From an uncultured Verrucomicrobiota bacterium (GTDB lineage: Bacteria; Verrucomicrobiota; Verrucomicrobiia; Limisphaerales; UBA1319), in contig CAIMWS010000521.1 in NCBI GenBank assembly GCA_903845125.1, positions 7,069 through 71,068 on the forward strand: a stretch of 64,000 nt of DNA, read 5' to 3'. The notes below the pieces were generated by a model. The model was given only the letters and a program-made list of their open reading frames with translations. It did not search any database and was not told the origin of the DNA. Position 1 is the first letter of the stretch; each line of letters opens with the position of its first letter. Shown in pieces: positions 30,046 through 39,440 of this stretch. The position numbers and the translations under genes are program-made.

Positions 30046-30435
30046 ATGATTTCGGACCTTTTGAAGTTGCCTTGGCTCCAAATAATGCTGGGCTTGGTGA
30101 TCCTCTTGGTGATCTATTGGCTGCCCTCCCGGTTGCGCTACCGGCTCACGGATCGCTACTTCCAAGTCGTTTTCTTGGGATTGCCCATCCGGTGGGTCCG
30201 GCTCGAAAACATCGAAAAAGTGACCACCCACCATGTGCGGTGGGCGGAACATTGGTGGAACGTATGGCGGCCGTTTCGCCGACGTTTGATGATCTGCAAA
30301 CGGAAGGGCTTGTTCAAGAACCTGGTGATCACCCCGGCGTTCCGTTACGAGTTAAGGAAGGAGATCGAGGAAGCAGTCCAACGAGTTCAAGCCGCAAAGG
30401 CCAGCCCCGCTGAACCAGCTCAAAAAAACCATTAA
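30046..30435 (+). CDS. Hypothetical membrane-anchored protein (possible bacterial PH-like domain)
   Basis: AGGA upstream of ATG 30046; one TM helix then RYRLTD..LENIEKV..LVITP pattern. Confidence 0.6.
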   Translation: MISDLLKLPWLQIMLGLVILLVIYWLPSRLRYRLTDRYFQVVFLGLPIRWVRLENIEKVTTHHVRWAEHWWNVWRPFRRRLMICKRKGLFKNLVITPAFRYELRKEIEEAVQRVQAAKASPAEPAQKNH

Positions 30436-30477
30436 CCAATTCCGGCGCAACAACATCCCTCACTGTTTTACGCCAAA

Positions 30478-30527
30478 ACGCCGGAATCCGCTGGTCTCCC
30501 AACCTATGGGAGCGCAGATTCCGGCGT
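30478..30527. terminator. Long hairpin between convergent genes
   Basis: ACGCCGGAATC...GATTCCGGCGT perfect 11-bp arms with inner CTCCCA/TGGGAG pairing. Confidence 0.55.
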
Positions 30528-30545
30528 GCAGAAGCATTAAAAGCG

Positions 30546-31766
30546 TCAGCTCTTTAGAAAAGCGGCGTGGACGGCCTTCATCGCATCCGGACCTTTGGCA
30601 AGATCGATAACCACCGAGATCTTGATCTCGCTGGTGGAAATCATGCTGATGTTCACCCCTTCCTTGGCCAGGGTTTCAAACATCCGGGCCGCCACCCCGG
30701 AATGGCTCCGCATGCCAACTCCGACAATGGAAAGTTTGCCCATCTTCTCATTGGAGATCACGTCGGCGTAACCGACTTCGGCCTTCAGACCATCGATCAC
30801 TTTGCGGGCTTTGAGCAGGTCGGCCTTGTCCACCGTGAACGAAAGATCGGTAGCTGGATCCTTGGCGCCATGGCTCACATTCTGAACGATCATATCCACA
30901 TTGATGGCTGCGTCCGCCAGAGCTTTGAAAATCCGGGCCGCCATGCCGGGCCGATCGGGCACGCCAAGCAGCGTGACTTTGGCCTGGTTTTTATCGAGTG
31001 AAACGCCGCGTATTACGACGTCTTCCATGCTTTTGGTTTCTTCTTTCACAATCGTTCCTGGGTTATCATTGAGACTGGAGCGTACTTCAAAGACCACGCC
31101 AAATTTTTTGGCAAATTCAACCGAGCGGGACTGCATGACTTTGGCCCCGAGGCTGGCTAATTCCAGCATCTCATCATAGGAAATCACATCCAATTTCCGG
31201 GCCTCCGGGACAATGCGCGGATCAGCCGTATAAACCCCATCCACATCGGTATAGATCTGGCACAAATCGGCCTTAAGGGCGGCCGCCAGCGCGATGGCGG
31301 TCAAATCGGATCCACCGCGGCCCAGCGTGGTGATTTGCCCATCCGGAGTCTGCCCCTGGAATCCGGCCACGATCACCACATGGCCGTCATCGAGCAATTC
31401 GTGGATCATTTTGGGGGTGATATTTTGGATTTTGGCCTTGGTGTGAACGCCATCGGTTAAAATCCCGGCCTGGGCACCGGTCAGCGAAACCGCCTTCAGA
31501 TTCAACGCGTGCAAGGCGATGGCGGTCAAGGCGATGGTGGTCTGCTCGCCGGTGGCCAGAAGCATGTCCATTTCCCGTTCATTGGGCAAGGGCATGATAT
31601 CCTTGGCCAGGTTGATCAAATTATCGGTGACACCGCTCATCGCGGAAACCACCACCACAATCTGATCGCCTTTGGCCCGGTATTTCGCCACGCGGGAGGC
31701 CACGTTTTTTATGCGCTCGGTATTGGCCACCGAGGTGCCACCAAATTTTTGAACAATCAATGCCAT
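30546..31766 (-). CDS. lysC: Aspartate kinase with two ACT domains
   Basis: VQKFGGTSV, VVVVSAM, TTLGRGGSD, TDVDGVYTADPR, STSEIKIS. Confidence 0.95.
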   Translation of the reverse strand: MALIVQKFGGTSVANTERIKNVASRVAKYRAKGDQIVVVVSAMSGVTDNLINLAKDIMPLPNEREMDMLLATGEQTTIALTAIALHALNLKAVSLTGAQAGILTDGVHTKAKIQNITPKMIHELLDDGHVVIVAGFQGQTPDGQITTLGRGGSDLTAIALAAALKADLCQIYTDVDGVYTADPRIVPEARKLDVISYDEMLELASLGAKVMQSRSVEFAKKFGVVFEVRSSLNDNPGTIVKEETKSMEDVVIRGVSLDKNQAKVTLLGVPDRPGMAARIFKALADAAINVDMIVQNVSHGAKDPATDLSFTVDKADLLKARKVIDGLKAEVGYADVISNEKMGKLSIVGVGMRSHSGVAARMFETLAKEGVNISMISTSEIKISVVIDLAKGPDAMKAVHAAFLKS

Positions 31767-31967
31767 AGCAAATGTTTTCCATCACACGGCGGATTCGCCG
31801 CAGTGTCGAAACGTCCGGCGCCGCCGCTGACTCCATCGGTTACAGGCTGCGCGATTCAACTGGGTTATCCATTTACCGAACACCCAGCCATTTGGCCAGT
31901 TTTTTCTCCTCTCGTGCACGCCCCAAAACAGGTTCCATCATCCTGAATCCGCAAAATGCGGGGGACA

Positions 31968-33890
31968 TCAGTTCTCCAGCAACCGCCGGGCCACCCCGGC
32001 ATGGGTGATCCGAACGGGCTTGATACGGCCCTGGTCGTCAAACTCCATGCGGTCGATGCAGGTGACACGATGGTTCGCATCCTTCTCCGTCAAAGGACGC
32101 CGATGATAGACGATATACCACTCGTCGCGGCCAGGCACACGAAGCACAGAATGATGACCCGCACCAGTCGCCACCTGGGGATCTTGCTGGAGGATCTTGC
32201 CAATGCGCTGGAATGGCCCCAGCGGAGAGCTGCCGATGGCATAGGCTACGGAATAATTCGGCCCCGTCCATCCTCCCTCCGACCACATCAGGTAATATTT
32301 TCCCTCCCGGATGAACATGCAGGGGCCCTCCACGTAATGCTCGGGAGTGATTTCTTTGAAGATTGAGCCATCGCTGAACGGAAGCAGTCCGGTGAAGTCC
32401 GGTTTCAACCGCGTAATGTTGCAATGGGCCCACCCGCCATAGATCAGATAGTCCTGGCCATCCTGGTCTTGGAAAACAAACTGGTCGATGGGCTGCGCCC
32501 CATTGACAATCAATGGGATCAGCGGTTTTCCGAACAGGTCCTGGTAGGGACCGCCAGGCTGATCCGAGACCGCCACCCCAATGCCGCCAACCTCGCCGTC
32601 GTGGACATCATTGGCGCTGAAAAAGAGGTAAAATTTGCCACGCCGTTCCACGGCGGCCGGAGCCCACATGGCACGCCTGGCCCAGTGAACCCTATTCGTG
32701 TCGAGAATCCGGTCATGCCTGCTCCATTGCACCAAATCCGGGGAGGAAAAGGCGTCGAAATACACCTGCTGATCATAAGGCGCCGAATGCGTGGGAAATA
32801 TCCAATACCGCCCGCCAAAAACGGCCACTTCCGGATCGGCCTGCCAGCCTTTCAGGATAGGATTTCCCGAGCGTGGAGACTCCACCATCAGGCTCTCGAT
32901 CACCTTCCCCACCTGGGCTGGCGGCATGGCCTCCACCAGGTAATAATGCTGTTTCGCGGGCGAGGGAATCCATTCGTTATAGCCGTGGGGTACCCGGGCA
33001 TGCATCAGACAACAGCCCGGTTCGGAAAGCCGCCAGTAATTGCTGGCGCCACGCACCGCATAAAGAACCGCAGTCTGGTCCCAAGCCTCCCGGTCACTCA
33101 GCCCGTTGTAGTGCTGGTAACAGGCGCGGACGGGATTGGCCTCCGGAGTCAGGCGCAGGCCGGCGCCCACCTGGATGGAGGCGCCAATAGCAAAGCCGCT
33201 AAATACGATAGGGGTTGGCCAATCGTTGATGGCACGCACGGAGGCCAGGGTATCCCACATGAGGTTGTATTCCCCCTCGCCACCGGGAAAGGTGCCACCC
33301 GGAAAGATGCCGCCCATGCACACCCATTGCTTGACCTTTTGTTTCACCAGCGCCTCGCCATCGAGTTTGCTACATTCGTCCGGTTTCGAATCGAGCAGAT
33401 CGCGTAAATTGGTGAGAAAACCGACCGTGACCACCGTAACGCTGCCATCGGGCTGGGCAGCCAGTAACTGGCGGCATAGCCCGGCCGCATCGGGTGCCTC
33501 GCTGCTCCGCCGCAGGTTGTGGGGGAAAGCCCTGGCCACCGCTTCCGCATATTTGGAGGGGGTTTCGCGACCAGCATCCCGGGCATTGCGATAGCCGTAT
33601 TGGAGTCCCCGTTGATAACCAATCGGCAGGTTTGGCCGCCCATACCAAGTGTTGATGGCCTCCACGCACGGCACCACCCATTCGTTCCTGGATGACACCA
33701 GGATGCCAAGAATTTCCGCCTCACCACGGTTGGCCAGTGCATGGAGCGTTGCCAGTGCCCCGGCGTCATCCACATCCTCGGCCAGATCAACATCCAGGAT
33801 GATTTTGACGGGTTGTGCGGCGGCAAGTTGGGTGACCGCGATCAGGCTGGCCAGCGCCAGCACTTGGAATCGTTTTGATTTACGCATCAT
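31968..33890 (-). CDS. Secreted fusion: nucleoside-hydrolase (IU-NH) fold domain + GH43 glycoside hydrolase
   Basis: Signal peptide; IILDVDLAEDVDD, VGFLTNL, CMGG, EYNL, WDQTAVLYAV; then NPILKGWQADP, MWAP, PIDQFVF, YVEGP, GAGHHS, VYHRR. Confidence 0.85.
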   Translation of the reverse strand: MMRKSKRFQVLALASLIAVTQLAAAQPVKIILDVDLAEDVDDAGALATLHALANRGEAEILGILVSSRNEWVVPCVEAINTWYGRPNLPIGYQRGLQYGYRNARDAGRETPSKYAEAVARAFPHNLRRSSEAPDAAGLCRQLLAAQPDGSVTVVTVGFLTNLRDLLDSKPDECSKLDGEALVKQKVKQWVCMGGIFPGGTFPGGEGEYNLMWDTLASVRAINDWPTPIVFSGFAIGASIQVGAGLRLTPEANPVRACYQHYNGLSDREAWDQTAVLYAVRGASNYWRLSEPGCCLMHARVPHGYNEWIPSPAKQHYYLVEAMPPAQVGKVIESLMVESPRSGNPILKGWQADPEVAVFGGRYWIFPTHSAPYDQQVYFDAFSSPDLVQWSRHDRILDTNRVHWARRAMWAPAAVERRGKFYLFFSANDVHDGEVGGIGVAVSDQPGGPYQDLFGKPLIPLIVNGAQPIDQFVFQDQDGQDYLIYGGWAHCNITRLKPDFTGLLPFSDGSIFKEITPEHYVEGPCMFIREGKYYLMWSEGGWTGPNYSVAYAIGSSPLGPFQRIGKILQQDPQVATGAGHHSVLRVPGRDEWYIVYHRRPLTEKDANHRVTCIDRMEFDDQGRIKPVRITHAGVARRLLEN

Positions 33891-33950
33891 GTTATGGTTT
33901 GGTTACCTTTAAATAGCCAGCCAGTCCAGCCTCGTTTTTATTTCCCAGCC

Positions 33951-35477
33951 TCAGGGGGCCCGGCTTCCCCAACGTTCCACCACCGACCGGGCGCGCAGGC
34001 TCAGTTCGCGCGCCACGGATTCGCTCGCGCCCGAATACCTTTGGGCGATCTCCCGCAAACGGTCCAGGTTCCGGCGGTAACCGGCCCGTTTTTCCTCCGG
34101 CCATTGCAGCGCGGCGGCCCGGCGCTGGAAAAACTCGGGATTAAGCAACGGGGAGGACCAACACCAATCGCTTTCGTAGGCCCAGATGCGCTGGAATTCG
34201 AGGAGATCCAACACGGCTTGCGGCAGGTTCGACTGGCCAAAAAAATTAGTCCCGATTTGCGCTTCAAAAGCGCTCCAGGCCAAGTCCGGGTTCCGACCAA
34301 ATTCCCGCACCGCCAGACGCTGTATCCGGGCCATCACCGAACGATACGGCATGCGCCCCTCGCCGACGGGATCCAATCCCAAAGGCCACAACGGATTCCC
34401 CTCCCCCCAGGCTGCCCCAAAATCAGGGCCCCGAATGGTGTAGCTGAAAGCCTCCAACGAAGGCACGAATCCAGTGACCCCCTGGCGCCGCGCGGTCCGG
34501 GCGGCCTCGGCAACGCGCTGCGGAGTGCCGAGCGCAGCGGCGTCAGTCCAAAACACCGAGGTGCTGGCCTGGGCAATCAACCTGGCATCGAAATGGGCGC
34601 TATGGGGCGTGAAAAACAGGCCCCAACGCGCGTCAAACGGCTGTTTGGATGCCACCGCATCCAAGCCCGGCACTTTGCTTCCGGTGAAGTAATGCGGATA
34701 CACCAGGATCAAGGCATTCGTATGCCGCCCCCACACCTCCCGCGAGAAATCCCGCACGAAAGCAAACTCGTGATCATAATGGCGCGGCCCGCACTCCGGG
34801 CAATGGCAGATGCCATAGTCCGAGGATTCCACCAGCAGGCCATCAGCGTTGGGGTAAAAATCGAACACCATTTCCCGGAGGTATTCCCGCATCAGCCGCT
34901 GGGCTTCAGGTTTGGCCGGGCAAAGGTTCCATCCCCAGCAATGGATCCCAAAGGCACTCACCGGCGAACCGTCTTTCTGACGCGCTTTCAGCTCCGGGAA
35001 TTCGATGCCCAAACGGTTCACCCCGTCATACCCGAAAGGGGTGAAACCGAGCAGCACGCGCAGGCCCTTGTCGTGGGCATAATCAATCAGTTCACGGACG
35101 AAGTCCTGACGCACATTGGCATGTTCCTGGTTATGCCCCCAAGTGACAGGGAGTTTTTTCGAGCGGAATCCGCCAGCCATCCACAAGATGATCACGTTGG
35201 CCTCATCCTCGGCAAAACAATCCACGGCCTGCTTCCACTCGGTGAGCCCCATCACGGGCATGCGCATCAGGGTGAGGTAATAGCCACGCAGGGCAAAAGG
35301 CGGGCGGGATGGCGGGGAATCTGCGGCCTGGCCCTGAGCCAGCGCCAGCTGCCAGAAAACCATCCATGCCATGGCCCGGGTGGCAAACCGGCATATTGGG
35401 CAGCAATGCTTCATTTCGCCCTTCATTATAAGGGCTTCCCCCCGGCAAGTGAACATCTGATTTCCCAGCAGGCGCAC
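33951..35477 (-). CDS. Secreted hypothetical protein with GH20-like TIM-barrel features
   Basis: FALRGYYL, VRELIDYAHDKGLRV, LCPAKPE, CHCPEC; true start probably downstream of 35477. Confidence 0.55.
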   Translation of the reverse strand: MRLLGNQMFTCRGEALIMKGEMKHCCPICRFATRAMAWMVFWQLALAQGQAADSPPSRPPFALRGYYLTLMRMPVMGLTEWKQAVDCFAEDEANVIILWMAGGFRSKKLPVTWGHNQEHANVRQDFVRELIDYAHDKGLRVLLGFTPFGYDGVNRLGIEFPELKARQKDGSPVSAFGIHCWGWNLCPAKPEAQRLMREYLREMVFDFYPNADGLLVESSDYGICHCPECGPRHYDHEFAFVRDFSREVWGRHTNALILVYPHYFTGSKVPGLDAVASKQPFDARWGLFFTPHSAHFDARLIAQASTSVFWTDAAALGTPQRVAEAARTARRQGVTGFVPSLEAFSYTIRGPDFGAAWGEGNPLWPLGLDPVGEGRMPYRSVMARIQRLAVREFGRNPDLAWSAFEAQIGTNFFGQSNLPQAVLDLLEFQRIWAYESDWCWSSPLLNPEFFQRRAAALQWPEEKRAGYRRNLDRLREIAQRYSGASESVARELSLRARSVVERWGSRAP

Positions 35478-35626
35478 ATCAGCCAGCCAGAAGTCGGAGC
35501 CGATTGCCTCCGAGGATCGCTGCTGAATGAAAAGCGAAAACCCGCCAAGACCTCAATCCACCAGCCTGGTTCCGCGGTCCAAAGTGCTACCGGGAAGATC
35601 CTCTAATGAGTTCCAAGAAACCGGGC

Positions 35627-38600
35627 TTACCGAATTTTTTCCAACCGGCCATCAAAGTGGAAATTGACCTCCAACACCCCGGCGGGCAGGGCTGCGGTAA
35701 CACTCCGTCCACCCGGCCAGCGGACTTGGACTTTATCCGGAACCGATTGGCTCCCGAGCACCAGCACCGCACTATCCTGGGACCAGTAACCGCTGCCGGC
35801 ATGGACTTCCCAAGCGGGCAGCCATTGGCCTTGCGCTCCCAAACGCACCACCGCGCCAATTCCGCCAGGGTTGCCCGCAGGACCAGTCAATCTCACCCGC
35901 AATCCGGGCTTGGCCCGGACATTCCGGTATAATTTGGTGGCCGCACCATTCTGGCTCACCACCCAATCCAGCCGGCCGTCAGCGTCGTAGTCGGCCACTG
36001 CCGATCCTCGCTGCTCCCCATAAACCATGATTCCCGACTCCTGGCCGGGCACGGCGTGAAATCCGCCCAAGCCATCTCCCCGCAGCCACAAACCACGCCC
36101 GGCGTCAAAGCGGCTGGTTTCCAAGTCCGTGCCAAAAAAATTCTGGCTCAGAAAAAGATCCGCGCGGCCATCGCCATCGCCATCGCCCACGCTGATTCCA
36201 AATACCGGGGCCAACTGGGCCGCCAGCGGCAAGATTCGCACCTCAAACCGTCCGCCCCGGTTCAGCAAAACCACCGATTCGAGCGTGTTCACGCGCAATT
36301 CCCGGGTATTTTTCAGAAAGTCCCCAAAGACCTCCTGGATGCTGGCGCTGGCGAAGTCCTGATAGCTTTTGAACCGTTCCCCAACCATCGGGACAGCCTC
36401 GCGCAGTGACTTGAAATCCCGCCACGGCACGGCTTTCTTGAGGACCGGATCCCAAACGGCTTCGATGATATCCCAGGTGGTGTTGCCATCCACATCGCCA
36501 TGGAATAGACGCAAGTCATCCGCCAAATACTCGCGGTAAAGGCCATTCAATCCCCAATTCCCCAGCACCAAATCCAGGCGTCCATCGCCATCGAAATCGC
36601 CTGCGTTGACGGCGGTCCACCACCCATTCAATTGGCTCAGATGGTCCGCCCGCCGACGGGAACCAGGCTCCGTGGGCCAGACGAGGGGCAAATCCCAAGC
36701 TTTCAAATGGCCGCGTTCATTGTGGAAAATCTGTATTGGCCCCCACTCGCAGGCCAGAATCAATTCCGGCAAACCGTCCGCATCCAGATCGCTCCAAACC
36801 GCCCCGCTCACCAAGCCCACCTTGGTTAAGGCGGCCGTGTTCTCTGGATCCAGTGTGAATTTGCCCGACGCATTACTGTAAATCCGGGATTTGGCAGGTG
36901 ATGGGTATTTGCCGGGAACCACCCTGCCGCCCACGAACAGATTCAGGAAACCGCCGCCGTTGATATCGGCTACTGCCAGCGGCCCCACGCTGATCTCTGA
37001 TCCTTCGGCGGCGGCCACCGTTTGCACATCCCCGAAAAACACCTCGTATTGGGTAACACTGGCCCCATTCGTGTCGCCCGTCTCATAATTGGCGCGGCCC
37101 ACCAGCAAGGTGCTGCGCCCCGGCTCACTGGACCAGCCCACCACCCCCGTCAGATCATCAGCGGTCGGACCATTCCAGGCGGGAGCACCTACCGGAACGA
37201 AACCCCGCCCTTCCTGGTTCAGGAATACCGCCAGCGATCCGCCGCGGCCGCTGCCAATCACCAGATCCTCCCAGCCGTCACCGTTCAGATCCAGCCAGGC
37301 TACCCCAGGCCCCAACTGGCTCAACCGCCGAGGCAGCAAAGGCTGGCGCTCATAGTCATCGAATTCCGTCTCCTGGTGGGAGTGCCGAAGCAACTGGCTT
37401 TGGTCCTCGAACCAGGGGCTTGGTGGGGCGACCGGAGGCGGAGGTGGCAAGGGAGGAAACTGGGCAAAGCTCTCCAGCACCGTGTAAAAGCGATTGGCCT
37501 GGATGCCCGGAATCCAACTCCTTTTGCCGCTGCGCCAGCGCACGTCCAGCAGCAGGTTGGTGGATTGGCCGGCCGCGAAAACCAGCATCGGATCCGAAGC
37601 GGAAAGATAATGGCCGCCGCAGATGACCTCCTGGCTTTGCGGAACGGCCCCCCCCGACAGCCTGACCCTGGCCCCGATACCCTGTGGATTGGGCCCCTCG
37701 CCACGCAACCGGATGGCCACACGGGGAGCGGCGGAATCGTTGCGCAAGAGTGCAGCCGGGCTTTCAAGATGGTTGATAACCACATCCAAGTCGCCATCGT
37801 TATCCAAGTCGGCGAGCGCCATGCCGTTCGCAGTCCCCGTTACATCGAAACCCCAGGCCTGGCTGACCTCCTCAAAGGTCAGGTCGCCCCGGTTACGGAA
37901 GGCCAGGTGGGGAAGGCTCAGCGGGGGAAAAAGGCCCAGGGTTTTGGCGCGTTCGCGCGGATCAACCGCTTTGGGAAGCCGGTCGATTTCGGCCAGCGCG
38001 TCCGAATTGGCGAGGTCCCGGCGGTGCCCGTTGGCAATCAATACATCTTCAAATCCGTCCAGATCCACATCGCAAAAAAGCACGCCCCAGGTCCAATCAG
38101 TGGCGTGAAGTCCGCTGAAGGGGGCAATGTCCGCGTAAGTGCCATCACCCCGGTTAAGCGAAAGCGTGTTGCGCATCACCTGCACTCGCTCAAGCCCCTC
38201 GCCGATCCCCCACCCCCACCCCCAGGCCGGGAGCGGAGCCATCTCCAGCAGGCTGTGCTGGACCTGGCGGCGCACACGCTGCCGGCTGAGCATTTCCGTC
38301 ACCAGTATTTCATCCTGGCCATCCCGATTGAGATCCGCGAAATCCACGGCCATGGAAGCATAGCAGGTTTTGCGCAAAGCCAGCCGCGGGAGCGCCCGGA
38401 AGACGCCTTCTCCCTGGTTGATCCAGATCCGGTCCGGCGTGAAGAAATCGTTGCATACGTAAAGATCAGGCAAACCATCCCCATTTAAATCCCGAAACAT
38501 GGCGCTCAAACCCCAATCCCGGGGGGGCTCGGCCAGCGGTTTTCCATCCTCATCCAAAAACCTGCCGCCGGTCCAGGAAACCGGCTCAAAAACACCTCCA

Positions 38601-39349
38601 CCCCGATTGAGGTAGAGAAAATCCGGTTCGCCCCGCTCGAGGAGCGCCACCCCACCCCGCGAACTGGATTCGGCTAAAAAACGCTCCCGGTGCTCGGGTG
38701 GCACTTCCCATTTGCCGCCCACCTTTTTTACTTTCACGGCTATGGGGGAATCCCGGACCGTGGTGGAACGGTAATTGCTTACATACAAATCAAGCCGTCC
38801 ATCGCCGTCCACATCAGCCAGGGCCAGGGACCGGCTGCCGAATTGGTGGATCAGACCATTTTGGTTGACCTCAAGGAAATGGCCTTTCCCATCGTTGAGG
38901 AAACAGCGAGTTCCCTTTCCCAGCGCATTGACCAGCAAATCCAAGCTGCCATCGCCATCCACGTCCGCAAATACTGCGCCGGTGGAAAACTGGCCCGGGC
39001 AGCCCACGCCGGCGACCGCCGTGATATCCGCAAAACGCCAGTTGCCCAAGTTGCGGTACAGCACATTGCCAGCCTCCAGCCCGCAAAAGTATATATCACA
39101 CCAACCATCGCCATCCACATCCCCCAAAGCCAAACCCGAGCCATCCTCCGCCAGGCGGTTCACGCTCACCTGGGCATCGGAAACATGGTTTGAGAAAGTA
39201 ATCCCGGTAGTTTCGGGGGCCATGGCCGTGAAACCCGTCTTCCCCGAGGTGGGAACCGGCAAGGGCAAACTCGTCCAACCGGCCCCCAACGCACCGGGAA
39301 CGTTGATACCCAGCTTTACAGCCGTCAGGATCACCAGGAGCTTCTTCAT
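35627..39349 (-). CDS. Large FG-GAP/VCBS repeat protein with two ASPIC/UnbV regions
   Basis: ATG 39349 MKKLLVIL signal; GDVDGDGWCD, ADVDGDG, DLNGDGLPDLYVCNDF, DLDNDGDLD; GIGARV..RWRSG and GIGAVV..GSGYWSQ..VRWPGG. Confidence 0.85.
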   Translation of the reverse strand: MKKLLVILTAVKLGINVPGALGAGWTSLPLPVPTSGKTGFTAMAPETTGITFSNHVSDAQVSVNRLAEDGSGLALGDVDGDGWCDIYFCGLEAGNVLYRNLGNWRFADITAVAGVGCPGQFSTGAVFADVDGDGSLDLLVNALGKGTRCFLNDGKGHFLEVNQNGLIHQFGSRSLALADVDGDGRLDLYVSNYRSTTVRDSPIAVKVKKVGGKWEVPPEHRERFLAESSSRGGVALLERGEPDFLYLNRGGGVFEPVSWTGGRFLDEDGKPLAEPPRDWGLSAMFRDLNGDGLPDLYVCNDFFTPDRIWINQGEGVFRALPRLALRKTCYASMAVDFADLNRDGQDEILVTEMLSRQRVRRQVQHSLLEMAPLPAWGWGWGIGEGLERVQVMRNTLSLNRGDGTYADIAPFSGLHATDWTWGVLFCDVDLDGFEDVLIANGHRRDLANSDALAEIDRLPKAVDPRERAKTLGLFPPLSLPHLAFRNRGDLTFEEVSQAWGFDVTGTANGMALADLDNDGDLDVVINHLESPAALLRNDSAAPRVAIRLRGEGPNPQGIGARVRLSGGAVPQSQEVICGGHYLSASDPMLVFAAGQSTNLLLDVRWRSGKRSWIPGIQANRFYTVLESFAQFPPLPPPPPVAPPSPWFEDQSQLLRHSHQETEFDDYERQPLLPRRLSQLGPGVAWLDLNGDGWEDLVIGSGRGGSLAVFLNQEGRGFVPVGAPAWNGPTADDLTGVVGWSSEPGRSTLLVGRANYETGDTNGASVTQYEVFFGDVQTVAAAEGSEISVGPLAVADINGGGFLNLFVGGRVVPGKYPSPAKSRIYSNASGKFTLDPENTAALTKVGLVSGAVWSDLDADGLPELILACEWGPIQIFHNERGHLKAWDLPLVWPTEPGSRRRADHLSQLNGWWTAVNAGDFDGDGRLDLVLGNWGLNGLYREYLADDLRLFHGDVDGNTTWDIIEAVWDPVLKKAVPWRDFKSLREAVPMVGERFKSYQDFASASIQEVFGDFLKNTRELRVNTLESVVLLNRGGRFEVRILPLAAQLAPVFGISVGDGDGDGRADLFLSQNFFGTDLETSRFDAGRGLWLRGDGLGGFHAVPGQESGIMVYGEQRGSAVADYDADGRLDWVVSQNGAATKLYRNVRAKPGLRVRLTGPAGNPGGIGAVVRLGAQGQWLPAWEVHAGSGYWSQDSAVLVLGSQSVPDKVQVRWPGGRSVTAALPAGVLEVNFHFDGRLEKIR

Positions 39350-39382
39350 TGGAGAGGGATCAGCGCGCAACTGTTGCATATG

Positions 39383-39418
39383 AAAAAAGGAGGCCCGGGC
39401 ATGCGCCAGGCCTCCTTC
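39383..39418 (-). terminator. Intrinsic terminator between the 1305-aa gene and the FG-GAP gene
   Basis: Minus strand GGAGGCC-loop-GGCCTCC followed by a run of six T. Confidence 0.7.
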
Positions 39419-39440
39419 TCGTAATTGGTTTAAGTTCGGA

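Noticed and set aside
31767-31967. Lysine riboswitch upstream of aspartate kinase
   Set aside because: An AGAGG is present, but I could not find the remaining conserved core or a terminator; an Rfam search would settle it.
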